Source: Tenericutes bacterium ADurb.BinA124
GTDB lineage: Bacteria; Bacillota_I; Bacilli_A; ML615J-28; CAG-698
Length of the DNA: 64,000 bases
Assembly: GCA_002068415.1 (NCBI GenBank)
Contig: MVZM01000001.1
Location: 140,597-204,596, forward strand
Reading direction: 5' to 3'
In this document: positions 35,542 through 45,693 of the stretch, in pieces
Layout: each line of letters starts with the position of its first letter
Numbering within the stretch: the first letter of the stretch is position 1
Program-made: the position numbers and the translations under genes
Notes under the pieces: generated by a model
Databases searched by the model: none
Seen by the model: only the letters and a program-made list of their open reading frames with translations
Told to the model about the DNA's origin: nothing

Positions 35542-35567
35542 AACTTGACGGCGGTCAAGTTTTTTTT
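35542..35567 (+). terminator. Hairpin plus T8 after rpoZ
   Basis: cttgac-ggcg-gtcaag stem followed by tttttttt. Confidence 0.5.
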
Positions 35568-35637
35568 GAAGAAAAAGGATAGTTCTTTATTTATCGTTTT
35601 AGTTATGGTAAAATCAATTAAAGGTGGGGTGAAAAAG

Positions 35638-37914
35638 ATGTTTGCGAAAGTCGTTGTCGAAGTTCCTTCGGAAAACACCGATGAATTATATACATACAAA
35701 ATACCCGATGAATTCATCGATAATCTTTATGTGGGGTCGCGCGTTTTTGTCGAGTTTGGTTTTCAGAAAATCATGGGTTATGTTTTGGAAATCATTGATG
35801 AAATCGATATTAACATGGATGTAAAAGACATCCTTGATGTGATTGATTTTGAACAAGGCTTAACATTAGAACAAATTGACCTAGCGAAATACCTTAAAGA
35901 GGAAACAAAGAGTTATTTAATTCAAACCCTTGGTCTTATGTATCCGAGTTTTTTAAAAAGTCGAGTCCGCAAGTATTTAGAAATCATCAATTTTGCGGCT
36001 CTTGATGGGGAACTGGCCTTAATTTTAGGACCGAAAAAGAAAATCTTGATGACTAAGGAGTTAGTAAAGCATTATCCAAAAATAAAAAAAGAGATTAATC
36101 GCGGGAATATCGCCTTAACAAGCGATGTTTTTAGCTACGGCCAGCGTAAACTGGTGAAGTTTTACACATTGACTGATGAAAGTGCCCCAGTTAAAGGGGT
36201 GATGCGCCAAAACATTAGGGCTTTTTTAAGCCATCACCAAGAAGCCAGCGAAGAAGAAATCATTGAGAATACTGGTTGTAGTAGCAATTTGTTAAGAAAA
36301 ATGGTGGAAGAAAAAATCTTAGTGATGACGGAAAAACGGTTGGTGCCGGAAAATCCTGGTCCTCTCGTTTATAAACCAATCAACTGGGATTTTGAACAAA
36401 CCATGCTTAAAGAAAAATATCAGGCTTTAAGTAAAAAACCGTTTTTGTTGTTTACCAATGATGAACAATTTAAATTGGATTTCTTACTTGATATGGCGAT
36501 AGACATGATTACTAAACAAAAACAGGTGCTGATTATCACCCCGACAATCTTAGCAAACACATTAGTGTTTAATTTTTTTTCCAAAAACATTCAAGGCTGT
36601 CGCCTTCTTAGTTTTTCTTCTCGTTTATCCAATAGCGAATACTATGATAATTATTGGCGGGTCAAAGAACAAAATGTGGACATCGTTATCGGCACTAAAC
36701 AAAGTGCTTTTTTACCGCTGGACCATCTTGGTTTAATCATTGTCGTTGATGAGGGAAGTCCCTTTTATGTGAACGAACAAAACCCGAAATATCGTTTAGC
36801 CGAAGTCGTCCGTTTTCGGAGTGAATACCAGCAAGCCCGCTTGGTTTTTACAAGCAGCATCCCCCAAATAACCAGTTATTACCAATATTATTTATCGAAT
36901 TATTACTTATTGGAATATCGGAAACAAACTACCAGGGAGTTGGTTTTAATCAATATGCGCAATGAATTGGAAGATATGGTATTAAGCCAAGCTCTCAAAC
37001 AAGCCCTGTCTTCGCAAATGGAACAGGGGCAAAAATCCTTGTTAATTCTTAACACTTTAGGTTATAGTCCCATTACCATTTGTGCGGATTGTGGACAGAC
37101 CTTAAAATGTGCCAAGTGTCAAATTACCTTGACTTATCACAAAGAAAAAGATTTGTATCGTTGCCCATATTGCGGACTTGCTTATGAAAAACCGCAATGT
37201 CAGAAGTGCCAAGGTCATCATTTCCAGAATTATGGCGTTGGTTTAGAGAAATTAAAAGAACGCTTAATGACGGTGTTTCCTAAAATTCGCTTGGTTCAAG
37301 TTGATTCGGAAACGATGGTTGAGCGTTGGGCTTATGAAAAGTTTTTAGATAAATTTGAGAATGACCAATTTGATGTGATTATTGGGACTTCGATTTTACT
37401 CGCCTTGATTAATCAAGGGATTAGCCTTGTGGGAGTGATAAACGCTGATAATTTATTGAATTACGGTGATTATCGGAGTGCCGAAAATGTCTTTTCATTA
37501 ATTGCCACTCTTCGTGATTCTTCGGTACCCTTAGTTTATGTTCAAGGCTTAAACCTTGAGCACGAAGTGATTGCGAAAGCTGCTGCCCAAAATTATCTTG
37601 ATTTCTATCAACAAGAAATTACCACTCGACAAAATTTATTCTATCCGCCTTTTTGTGAGATTAATCGCTTGGTAATTATCGGTCCTTATCGCAACATCTA
37701 TCATTATGCTAATTATTTTAAAAAAGTATTTCGACGCATCAGTCGCGGTGAAGCTTTGGGGCCGGTTTATCTTCCGGCAGTTAGAGGAGTTCAACTCATA
37801 CTCAAGCATGAAGATTTTCCCAAGGTTTCGCAGCTCATTGATGAAGTGAATGAAAAATTTAAACCGCAAAAGCTGATTGTTAATTTTGAAAGATATCCTC
37901 TTTCATTTCGTTAG
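35638..37914 (+). CDS. priA: Primosomal protein N' (PriA helicase)
   Basis: MFAKVVVEVP start after AAGGTGGGG. Cys4 Zn-binding insert (CxxC…CxxC). The longest ORF (from 35545) probably overextends. Confidence 0.9.
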   Translation: MFAKVVVEVPSENTDELYTYKIPDEFIDNLYVGSRVFVEFGFQKIMGYVLEIIDEIDINMDVKDILDVIDFEQGLTLEQIDLAKYLKEETKSYLIQTLGLMYPSFLKSRVRKYLEIINFAALDGELALILGPKKKILMTKELVKHYPKIKKEINRGNIALTSDVFSYGQRKLVKFYTLTDESAPVKGVMRQNIRAFLSHHQEASEEEIIENTGCSSNLLRKMVEEKILVMTEKRLVPENPGPLVYKPINWDFEQTMLKEKYQALSKKPFLLFTNDEQFKLDFLLDMAIDMITKQKQVLIITPTILANTLVFNFFSKNIQGCRLLSFSSRLSNSEYYDNYWRVKEQNVDIVIGTKQSAFLPLDHLGLIIVVDEGSPFYVNEQNPKYRLAEVVRFRSEYQQARLVFTSSIPQITSYYQYYLSNYYLLEYRKQTTRELVLINMRNELEDMVLSQALKQALSSQMEQGQKSLLILNTLGYSPITICADCGQTLKCAKCQITLTYHKEKDLYRCPYCGLAYEKPQCQKCQGHHFQNYGVGLEKLKERLMTVFPKIRLVQVDSETMVERWAYEKFLDKFENDQFDVIIGTSILLALINQGISLVGVINADNLLNYGDYRSAENVFSLIATLRDSSVPLVYVQGLNLEHEVIAKAAAQNYLDFYQQEITTRQNLFYPPFCEINRLVIIGPYRNIYHYANYFKKVFRRISRGEALGPVYLPAVRGVQLILKHEDFPKVSQLIDEVNEKFKPQKLIVNFERYPLSFR

Positions 37915-37922
37915 GAGCCTTT

Positions 37923-38849
37923 ATGAAAATTATTTTTATGGGAACACCCTTATTTGCTGTTAATATTTTAGAAAGCTTGGCTACCCAACATGAAATCTTG
38001 ATGGTCGTTACTCAACCTGACCAAGGAACAAAGAATAAACCCTTGATTCCGGCGGTTAAAACCTGGGCTTTAAATCATCATTTTGAACTTAGACAGCCTC
38101 CGAAAATAGCGACATTAACCGAGGAAATTTTATCTCTCCCCGTTGATTTAATCGTAACGGCTGCTTATGGTCAATTTATTCCTTTAAAAATTCTTCATCA
38201 TCCCCGTTTTCAAAGCATTAATGTTCATGGCTCCTTGTTACCCAAATATCGGGGTGGGGCCCCTATTCAAAGAGCCATTATGAATGGGGACAAGGAAACG
38301 GGCATTTCCATTATTCGTATGGTTAAAAGAATGGATGCGGGACCAATTTTGGCCCAACAAGCCCTCCCCATTTTGGATTCTGACAACCAAGATTCCCTGT
38401 TTTCTAAATTAAGCGAGTTAGGAGCAAAGATGATTTTGCGGACGATTGAGGAATTACAAAACAATCCTTTATTAGGGCAAGCTCAAGATGAAACAAAGGC
38501 TACTTATGCTTTCAATCTTCAAAAGGAAGACGAAAAACTGGATTTTTCCCAAACAGCCTTGACCTGCTTTAATCGCATTCGGGGCCTATGTTCCAATCCG
38601 GGCGCTTTTTTTCAACTTGATGGATTAAATATAAAGGTTTATAATAGTGTTGTCAGCCCCTTAATCCCGAATCAAGCCCCCGGTGTAATTGTTGAAAAAA
38701 CCAAAAAACACTTTACGATAAGTTGTGGTGGCAACACCGCTTTATCGATGCTTGAAGTTCAGCTACCTTCGGGAAAACGGATGGCAACTCAGGACTTTCT
38801 AAATGGCAAAGGGAAAGATTTAATTGTATTGCATAAGGAGATTAAATAA
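37923..38849 (+). CDS. fmt: Methionyl-tRNA formyltransferase
   Basis: MKIIFMGTP…, SLLPKYRGGAPIQ motif. Confidence 0.9.
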   Translation: MKIIFMGTPLFAVNILESLATQHEILMVVTQPDQGTKNKPLIPAVKTWALNHHFELRQPPKIATLTEEILSLPVDLIVTAAYGQFIPLKILHHPRFQSINVHGSLLPKYRGGAPIQRAIMNGDKETGISIIRMVKRMDAGPILAQQALPILDSDNQDSLFSKLSELGAKMILRTIEELQNNPLLGQAQDETKATYAFNLQKEDEKLDFSQTALTCFNRIRGLCSNPGAFFQLDGLNIKVYNSVVSPLIPNQAPGVIVEKTKKHFTISCGGNTALSMLEVQLPSGKRMATQDFLNGKGKDLIVLHKEIK

Positions 38850-39412
38850 TGAAACCAAGAATTTATTTTTCACGTGAAGAAATGTTTAAACTAAACCGTG
38901 AGCGCTTATTGGAGCGTGGTGTTAAAATCGAAGATATTGCGGAAATCGCTTTTCATCAGCAAGGCCGGTATAACAAAAACATTTCGATGAAAACATGTAT
39001 TGAAAGTGTCGAAAAAATCCTCTCTTATCGGGATGTTTTTCACATTGTTCAACTCAGTATTGAAATTGACCGTTTGACCGAAGAAGGCATGTTTAGAAGC
39101 CCAATTCAAGATATTATGCGGGCTGATTTTGGGATGTTTGGAATTGATGAAATACTGGGTCTCAATATTGCGGCCATGTATGGGGTGATTGGTCAAACTA
39201 ATTTTGGTGATATTGATGTCAATAAACCGGGGATTGTGAAAAAATTGAATGCTGATGGAAAGGGTGACCAAGAACACTGCCATACTTTCTTAGATGATGT
39301 TGTTGGCGCCCTTGGGGCTGCGGCTTCCACCAGGGTTGCCCAAATCCTAAGTGAAGAAGAATCGCGGAAAGATCCTCATGTAACCACAATCCAATTAGAA
39401 TTGGAGGAATAA
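38849..39412 (+). CDS. PgpA-like / YutG-family protein (COG1267-like)
   Basis: Resembles B. subtilis YutG: …GIDEIL…NFG…HTFLDDVVGALGAAA…. Soluble, 187 aa. Confidence 0.45.
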   Translation: MKPRIYFSREEMFKLNRERLLERGVKIEDIAEIAFHQQGRYNKNISMKTCIESVEKILSYRDVFHIVQLSIEIDRLTEEGMFRSPIQDIMRADFGMFGIDEILGLNIAAMYGVIGQTNFGDIDVNKPGIVKKLNADGKGDQEHCHTFLDDVVGALGAAASTRVAQILSEEESRKDPHVTTIQLELEE

Positions 39413-39413
39413 G

Positions 39414-40445
39414 ATGACACAAATTAAATTGACGCCCGGTCCACTGCTGGATGAAAAAGGGAATTTAACTGAAGCCGGTTATGCCACCAGTTTAGTTAAA
39501 GATTATGATCGTTCCCAAATTAAGGCTTGTTCGCTTCGCATTAAGGAATGGGATTATTACTATATTGGCAATCAACGCTATGGCGTGGCCTTAACGATTG
39601 CCGATAATTCGTATATGGGTTTAGGCAGTATTTCCGTTATGAATTTTGAAACGGGTTTTTGGAAAACGCGTAGCCAAATGACCTTGATGCCCAAGGGAAA
39701 AACCAATTTCCCGTCGACTTCTGCCATCGGTGATGTTTCTTTCCACCATAAAAATGTGCGGATTGACTTTTTTAATGATGGAAAAAAGCGGCGTTTAATT
39801 GCTCACTTCGGTAATTTTCTTGGTAACCGAGATTTTGATTGCGATCTTACTTTAAAAGAATTACCTAACCATCAAAGTATGGTTATTGCGACGCCTTTTT
39901 CTAAACCTAAACACTTTTATTACAATCAAAAGATTAATAATCTCCAAGCCAGTGGACGAGCTACAGTTGGGAGCGAGGAGTTTTTATTTGCTGGTAACGA
40001 TAGCCAAGCGGTTTTGGACTGGGGTCGGGGTGTTTGGACTTATAAAAACACTTGGTATTGGTCATCTTTATCCGGGCTGGTTGATGGTCACAAAATCGGT
40101 TTTAATTTAGGTTACGGTTTCGGTGATACTTCCAAAGCCACGGAAAATATGTTATTTTTAGATGGGAAAGCCTATAAAACCGGTCGGGTAATGTTCATTA
40201 TTCCCAAAAATGAAAAGGGTAAATTTGATTATTTGTCTATGTGGCGTTTTACTTCCGGTGATGAAAAAGTGGAATTGACCTTTGAACCGATTTTGGACCG
40301 CTGTGATAATACTGATGCTTTGATAATCAAATCATTGCAGCATCAAGTTTTTGGTCGTTTCAGTGGGCGTTTGGTTTTTGATGAGCAAATAATCGAAATT
40401 ACGGATTTGCTTGGGTTTGCTGAGCGAGTTACGAATTATTGGTAA
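39414..40445 (+). CDS. DUF2804-like protein of unknown function
   Basis: 343-aa Firmicutes family recalled from memory; no catalytic motif identified. Confidence 0.4.
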   Translation: MTQIKLTPGPLLDEKGNLTEAGYATSLVKDYDRSQIKACSLRIKEWDYYYIGNQRYGVALTIADNSYMGLGSISVMNFETGFWKTRSQMTLMPKGKTNFPSTSAIGDVSFHHKNVRIDFFNDGKKRRLIAHFGNFLGNRDFDCDLTLKELPNHQSMVIATPFSKPKHFYYNQKINNLQASGRATVGSEEFLFAGNDSQAVLDWGRGVWTYKNTWYWSSLSGLVDGHKIGFNLGYGFGDTSKATENMLFLDGKAYKTGRVMFIIPKNEKGKFDYLSMWRFTSGDEKVELTFEPILDRCDNTDALIIKSLQHQVFGRFSGRLVFDEQIIEITDLLGFAERVTNYW

Positions 40446-40461
40446 AACGAAAGGAGATTGT

Positions 40462-41442
40462 ATGAAGGTTTTAATTGCTGGGGGCGCCGGATACATTGGT
40501 AGCCATTGCGTCAAAAGGATGAGTGAATTAGGATATGAAGTTGTCGTCGTTGACAATTTGTCAACCGGACACCGAGCTTCCATTAAATCACCCTTCTATC
40601 TTGGTGATATTCGTGACGCTTTTTTTCTTGATCATGTTTTTGAAAAAGAAAAGGTTGATTTAGTTATTCATTTTTGTGCTAAATCCCTAGTTGGGGAATC
40701 GGTTTTACAACCTCTTGATTATTTTGAGAACAATGTTTTTGGCACTTTGCAATTATTGCAAGCGATGCAAAAAGCAAAAGTTAATAAAATTGTGTTTTCG
40801 TCTAGTGCAGCTGTTTACGGTGAGCATGAAATCATGCCTATTACCGAAGACTATCCGACCATCCCCACTAACCCCTACGGGGAAACTAAGTTGATGATGG
40901 AAAAAATGATGAAATGGGCGGAAAAAGCTTATGGCTTGAAATATATGAGTCTTCGCTACTTCAATGTGGCGGGGGCTTGCGAAAGTGGAACTATTGGGGA
41001 AGACCATCATCCGGAAACCCACTTAATTCCTTTAGTGCTGGAAGTAGCATTAGGAAAGCGCGCTCAAATCAATGTTTTTGGAAATGATTATCCAACGAAG
41101 GATGGCACTTGCATCCGCGACTATATTCATGTCTCGGATTTGATTGAGGCCCATATTTTGGCGGCCCAAGCTTTATTGAATAATGAAGCAAGCCAAATCT
41201 TTAATTTAGGGAGTGAAGAAGGATTTTCCGTTTTGGAAATCATCAAAACGGCTTCCCAAGTAACGAAGGTTAATATTCCTTATCAAATTTCTCCTCGACG
41301 GCCAGGTGATCCTGCGAAACTGGTGGCGGCGAGTTCCAAAATAAAAGACCTTTTAGGTTGGGAACCCAAAAAGTCGATTGAGGATATTGTTAGAACAGCT
41401 TGGGAATGGCATCGAAACCATCCCCAAGGTTATGAAAAATAA
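40462..41442 (+). CDS. galE: UDP-glucose 4-epimerase
   Basis: MKVLIAGGAGYIGSH Rossmann start; YxxxK in short-chain dehydrogenase context; typical length. Confidence 0.9.
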   Translation: MKVLIAGGAGYIGSHCVKRMSELGYEVVVVDNLSTGHRASIKSPFYLGDIRDAFFLDHVFEKEKVDLVIHFCAKSLVGESVLQPLDYFENNVFGTLQLLQAMQKAKVNKIVFSSSAAVYGEHEIMPITEDYPTIPTNPYGETKLMMEKMMKWAEKAYGLKYMSLRYFNVAGACESGTIGEDHHPETHLIPLVLEVALGKRAQINVFGNDYPTKDGTCIRDYIHVSDLIEAHILAAQALLNNEASQIFNLGSEEGFSVLEIIKTASQVTKVNIPYQISPRRPGDPAKLVAASSKIKDLLGWEPKKSIEDIVRTAWEWHRNHPQGYEK

Positions 41443-41464
41443 AAATGTGCCGGCGCACATTTTT

Positions 41465-42124
41465 TTACTTTTGATGAACTAATTCCGCAAATTTATCAAA
41501 AATTATTTGACTTTCTTTTTCGTCAATGATTATTTCCGGATGCCATTGGATACCAATAATGGGTAATTCTTCATGAATGAAGGCTTCAATCGTTCCATCA
41601 AGATGGTAGGCAATTGCTTTTAACTTTGGTGCCAAGGTTTTAACCGTTTGATGATGATAACTATTGACTAGGATTTCGTCTTCAAATGGCAATAATTGAT
41701 TTTTTTGGGTTGTGACTTTATGGTTATCCTTAATGTTACGGTGATTGTTACCGACATCTTGATGTAAAGAACCACCTAAAAAGACATTGATAGCTTGGTG
41801 ACCGCGGCAAATACCTAAAACAGGTAATTGATGTTTTTTCGCATATTCAACGACTAGGCGATCGACTTCATCTAAACCGATTAAACAATCATGGGATTGA
41901 CCTTCATTAGTTTCATGGTAGTATTTAGGATCGATATCCGCTCCCCCAGTGATTAAAAAACCATCGCATAGAGCTAGGATTGCTTCAAGGTCGGGATTGT
42001 CCATGGTTAACATAATGGTGTTTAAGTGGCGCTTTTGTAGGGGCCTTAAGTATCGGGTATTAACAAATTGTTTTTGAACGCCCTCTTCCGTTAAAACGCG
42101 GGGCGTAATGCCGATTAATTTCAT
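41465..42124 (-). CDS. Class I glutamine amidotransferase / gamma-glutamyl-GABA hydrolase family (peptidase C26)
   Basis: GICRGHQ catalytic Cys motif and GIQWHPE His motif. Confidence 0.75.
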   Translation of the reverse strand: MKLIGITPRVLTEEGVQKQFVNTRYLRPLQKRHLNTIMLTMDNPDLEAILALCDGFLITGGADIDPKYYHETNEGQSHDCLIGLDEVDRLVVEYAKKHQLPVLGICRGHQAINVFLGGSLHQDVGNNHRNIKDNHKVTTQKNQLLPFEDEILVNSYHHQTVKTLAPKLKAIAYHLDGTIEAFIHEELPIIGIQWHPEIIIDEKESQIIFDKFAELVHQK

Positions 42125-42223
42125 AGATTCCTCGCTTTCATTCGGCTGAATTATACCTTATTTTGCTGACAAAAGCAACTAATAATAATGCTTTTATCCT
42201 AGGGCTATGATATAATTAGGCCG

Positions 42224-43429
42224 GTGATTAATATGGATACACAGAAAGAATTATTTCGGATTGGCTATGGACCGTCCAGCTCACATACCATGGGACCCCA
42301 AAAAGCGGCCCAATTGTTTCTTGAAAAATATCCCCAAGCTAATCGGTTTGTAGTTGATTTATATGGTGCTTTAGCTTTAACCGGTCGGGGTCATTTAACG
42401 GATTTCATCATTAAACGAATGTTAGGAGAAGAACGAACTGAAATTCGGTTTTTGGGAGAACTCTTTTATGAATATCATCCCAACGGGATGAAATTTTATG
42501 CTTATCGCGATGAGCAATTATTAGGCGATTGGTTAGTGTTTTCCGTGGGTGGGGGTGCTTTAAAAGAACTGAATGAAAATCGCGAATCCCATCCCAACCA
42601 TTTTTATCGTTTTAAAACGATGAAAGATATTCTTAATTATTTAACGACTTATAAACGATCTTTTCTTGATTATGTGCTGGAATCGGAGCCTAGTGATATT
42701 TTAACTTGGGCAGAAGAAGTCATCGATGTAATGTTTGCGAGCGTTGAAAAAGGCTTGGTTAATCATCGGGTTCTTCCAGGGCCCTTAAAAATAAAACGGC
42801 GGGCAGCCAACTTTTATAAGCAATATCAAAAAAATAATGATTTTAATGCTTTAATTTTTGCGGCTACTTTAGCGGTTTCCGAAGAAAATGCTGGTGGCGG
42901 TTTAATCGTTACAGCGCCAACTTGCGGTTCGAGCGGGCTTGTTCCGGGCGTGCTTTATTCATATGCTATTAAGGAAAAAATCCCTAAACAAAACTTAGCC
43001 CAAGCTTTGTTGGTTGGCGGTCTTTTCGGCAATCTTGTGAAGGAAAATGCTTCGATTAGTGGTGCTGAAGTCGGTTGTCAAGGTGAAATTGGGACGGCCT
43101 GCTGTATGGCGGCGGCGGCTTTAGCGTATTTACGAGGTGGGACTAATTTCCAAATTGAATATGCGGCGGAAATTGCTTTAGAACATCATTTAGGAATGAC
43201 ATGTGATCCGGTGTTAGGTTATGTGCAAATTCCTTGCATTGAAAGAAATGCCATTTCCGCTAAACGGGCAATCGATGCTTGTGATTATGCTTTATTAACG
43301 GATGGAAAACATTTTATTGATTTTGACAGCGTTGTGACGACTTTAAAAGAAACAGGAAAAGACTTAAATGCCATCTATCGGGAGACTTCACTTGGTGGCT
43401 TGGCTAAGGTCAAAATTGATTATGAATAA
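42224..43429 (+). CDS. sdaA: L-serine dehydratase (single-chain, Fe-S dependent)
   Basis: Beta-domain N-terminus GYGPSSSHT; alpha-domain motifs TAPTCGSSG and CQGEIGTACCMAAAAL. GTG 42224 or ATG 42233, very close to a TATAAT. Confidence 0.7.
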   Translation: MINMDTQKELFRIGYGPSSSHTMGPQKAAQLFLEKYPQANRFVVDLYGALALTGRGHLTDFIIKRMLGEERTEIRFLGELFYEYHPNGMKFYAYRDEQLLGDWLVFSVGGGALKELNENRESHPNHFYRFKTMKDILNYLTTYKRSFLDYVLESEPSDILTWAEEVIDVMFASVEKGLVNHRVLPGPLKIKRRAANFYKQYQKNNDFNALIFAATLAVSEENAGGGLIVTAPTCGSSGLVPGVLYSYAIKEKIPKQNLAQALLVGGLFGNLVKENASISGAEVGCQGEIGTACCMAAAALAYLRGGTNFQIEYAAEIALEHHLGMTCDPVLGYVQIPCIERNAISAKRAIDACDYALLTDGKHFIDFDSVVTTLKETGKDLNAIYRETSLGGLAKVKIDYE

Positions 43430-44552
43430 TCAAGGTCATACTTCACTGGGGCTTATCAATGCCCTCTTAGCGCATTTTAATGTTCCTATTCATCATGCAC
43501 CGCTGTTGCTTCTTAAGCCCTATTTGGAAAAACAACCGCAAAATGTCGTTTTACTAGTTCTTGATGGACTGGGTGAAAGCATTCTCAATTATTTTGAACC
43601 CCAAGGTTTTTTAAAAAAACATCAACTGGCCACAATCAAGGCGGTTTTTCCGCCAACAACGGTGGCGAGTATTAATACTTTAGAGTCGGGAAAGTCACCG
43701 AAAGAACATGCTTGGTTGGGATGGAGTCTTTATTTCCATGAATGGGATCGCTTTATTGACATTTTTCCTTATCAAGATTCATTGACAAATGAAAAAATAC
43801 CGCTTGAACGCGGTAATGCTAAGGAAATCTTGCAGTATCAAGATGTTTATAGCCAAATCGCTACTCATAGTGATACTAAATGTTATGTTATTCATCCGCA
43901 CAATATAGAAAGAACGGGGGAACATTTTGAAACGGTCTATAGTCAAAACTTTGAAGAAACCGTTAAAATAATCCGTGAGTTATGTAAAGACGATGTTCGA
44001 AAATACATCTATGCCTATAGCCCGGAACCGGATTATTCCTTACATGTTTTGGGAACCAAAAACCTTGAAGTTGGGAATAAGATTGCGGAAATGGAATGGT
44101 TAATTAAAACTTATTTGCAAGATGTCAAGGATTCATTAATTATCATTACGGCTGACCACGGCTTGGTTGATATTGAGGAACATATTGACATCAGTGCGAT
44201 TCCCGAATTAAATGCATGTTTAATTAGGCCTTGTTTTTTGGAACCGCGTTGTACTAGTTATTTTGTGAAGGCGGAAAAAAAGGAACATTTTAAAACCTTG
44301 TTTAACCAAAGGTTTCACCAAGACTTTATCTTATATGAAAAAAACGATCCCTTTTTACACCAATTATTTGGTGAAGGTCATCCCCATGCGAAATTTATGG
44401 ACTTTATTGGCGATTTTGTGAGTGTGGCGATGACAAACAAAACGATTATTTATAAAGGTAAGCGCGATAAATTCAGTTTTTCTTTTAAAGCTCATCATGC
44501 TGGAATGACGGATGCGGAAATGAATGTCCCTTTAATTATTATATCCAATTAA
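43422..44552 (+). CDS. Alkaline-phosphatase-superfamily protein (type I phosphodiesterase / nucleotide pyrophosphatase-like)
   Basis: LVLDGLG…FPPTTVASINTLESGKSPKEHAWLG…TADHG metal-site motifs. Its 3' end carries the island's left direct repeat. Confidence 0.6.
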   Translation: MNNQGHTSLGLINALLAHFNVPIHHAPLLLLKPYLEKQPQNVVLLVLDGLGESILNYFEPQGFLKKHQLATIKAVFPPTTVASINTLESGKSPKEHAWLGWSLYFHEWDRFIDIFPYQDSLTNEKIPLERGNAKEILQYQDVYSQIATHSDTKCYVIHPHNIERTGEHFETVYSQNFEETVKIIRELCKDDVRKYIYAYSPEPDYSLHVLGTKNLEVGNKIAEMEWLIKTYLQDVKDSLIIITADHGLVDIEEHIDISAIPELNACLIRPCFLEPRCTSYFVKAEKKEHFKTLFNQRFHQDFILYEKNDPFLHQLFGEGHPHAKFMDFIGDFVSVAMTNKTIIYKGKRDKFSFSFKAHHAGMTDAEMNVPLIIISN

Positions 44553-44559
44553 AAAAGTA
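44512..44559 (+). repeat. Left 48-bp direct repeat (attL-like); last 13 codons plus stop of the AlkP-family gene
   Basis: gatgcgg[a]aatgaatgtccctttaattattatatccaattaaaaaagta; recurs at 47516-47563 with one mismatch. Confidence 0.65.
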
Positions 44560-44565
44560 GATAAT

Positions 44566-44597
44566 GGACCATTAAAAGTAGCCCCTAGTAAAAGGGC
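44566..44597 (+). terminator. Perfect 11-bp hairpin just inside the island
   Basis: aaaagtagccc-ctagtaaaa-gggctactttt. Confidence 0.4.
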
Positions 44598-44743
44598 TAC
44601 TTTTAATGTAGAATTGCCAATGTGATATGCGACTAAAAGAACAAAAGAGGAAGAAAAAAGGAGCTAATTAACAGTTTCCAACTAAGTCTTAGTTGATTCT
44701 TATTAAGTTTTTAAAAAAAACTATATTTAAGATGAAAATTTAA

Positions 44744-45693
44744 TCACTCGCGATAGTTTTTAATAATTGTTGGCAAAATCCCTCGATTGTAAATTTCATT
44801 TATAGATTCAATGCATTCCAAATATGTTAATTTTTGATGAACTAATGTCGTTGTTACTGATTCATAATCTTCTTTATATGGGTTCGTGTTTACGATTTCA
44901 TGTAAAATTGATTGCGGATTTTCACCTGGATTACAAGAGAGGTTTTGTTTCCCGTGAATCTGTCGATCTTTTATGACATCATCGATAATGTTTTCAATTA
45001 ATTTTTCATCTATTAATTTACTAGTCCACATTTTATGTAAATCATAGATGTGTCTTGAATGTCTAAAATATTTTTTTTGTAGATGGTAATCACAAATTGC
45101 AAACAACTTATCAATTAAAGTTCTTTCGATTGTTTGAACTAACATTTTAAATGGTTCAAGATGATATTGTTTAATTAAATTCATTTGGTTGTTTTTATTT
45201 AGATACTTAGTAATGTAATTACTTACTTCCATTTCTTTGACTGGATAAGGTTTATAAACTACAATTGTTTCAACAATTATAAATGGTACTGTATTTTGTT
45301 CTTTTTCAAAGTGATTACTGAAGCCAATACGGTACTCATTATGATCTTTTCTTGAGAGAACATCATTATGATTAAGTAATTCCATTTTTAATGTCTCAAT
45401 AATTTGCAATATATCTGCTTTTAGTTGTTTTCTTTGCCCTTGCGTTACTTGTTTATTATTAAATCTTATTGCTAAATCAATATCCTCTGAAAACTATCAA
45501 TTACATCATAACATTTTGATAATGATGTTCCTCCTTTAAACACAACTTGGATATTTGATTTAAGTTTGGTTAACTCTTTCAAAAACAAAGACACAAAATA
45601 ATCTTTTTCAACTTGAAATTCACTTAATCCGTATTCCTCTGCTACCGTTTTGATAATTGTTTCAAATATTTCCTTATGATTGTGTAATTGCAT
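44744..45693 (-). pseudogene. abiEii: AbiEii/AbiGii-family nucleotidyltransferase toxin (type IV TA / abortive infection), disrupted by a -1 frameshift in an A4 run at 45490-45493
   Basis: N-terminus has FKGGTSLSKCY; restoring one A gives …DSFSEDIDLAIRFNNKQ…QGQRKQLKADILQIIETLK…, continuous with ORF 44744-45409. Confidence 0.65.

Noticed and set aside
42205-42240. Possible leaderless sdaA mRNA (TATAAT 42211-42216 only about 8 nt before GTG 42224)
   Set aside because: Could be a coincidental -10-like hexamer. An upstream promoter with a normal leader cannot be excluded, and no data are available to decide.
45472-45693. Treating the 73-aa ORF as an independent small gene between abiEi and the downstream ORF
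   Set aside because: It is the N-terminal fragment of the frameshifted AbiEii toxin gene, not a separate gene.
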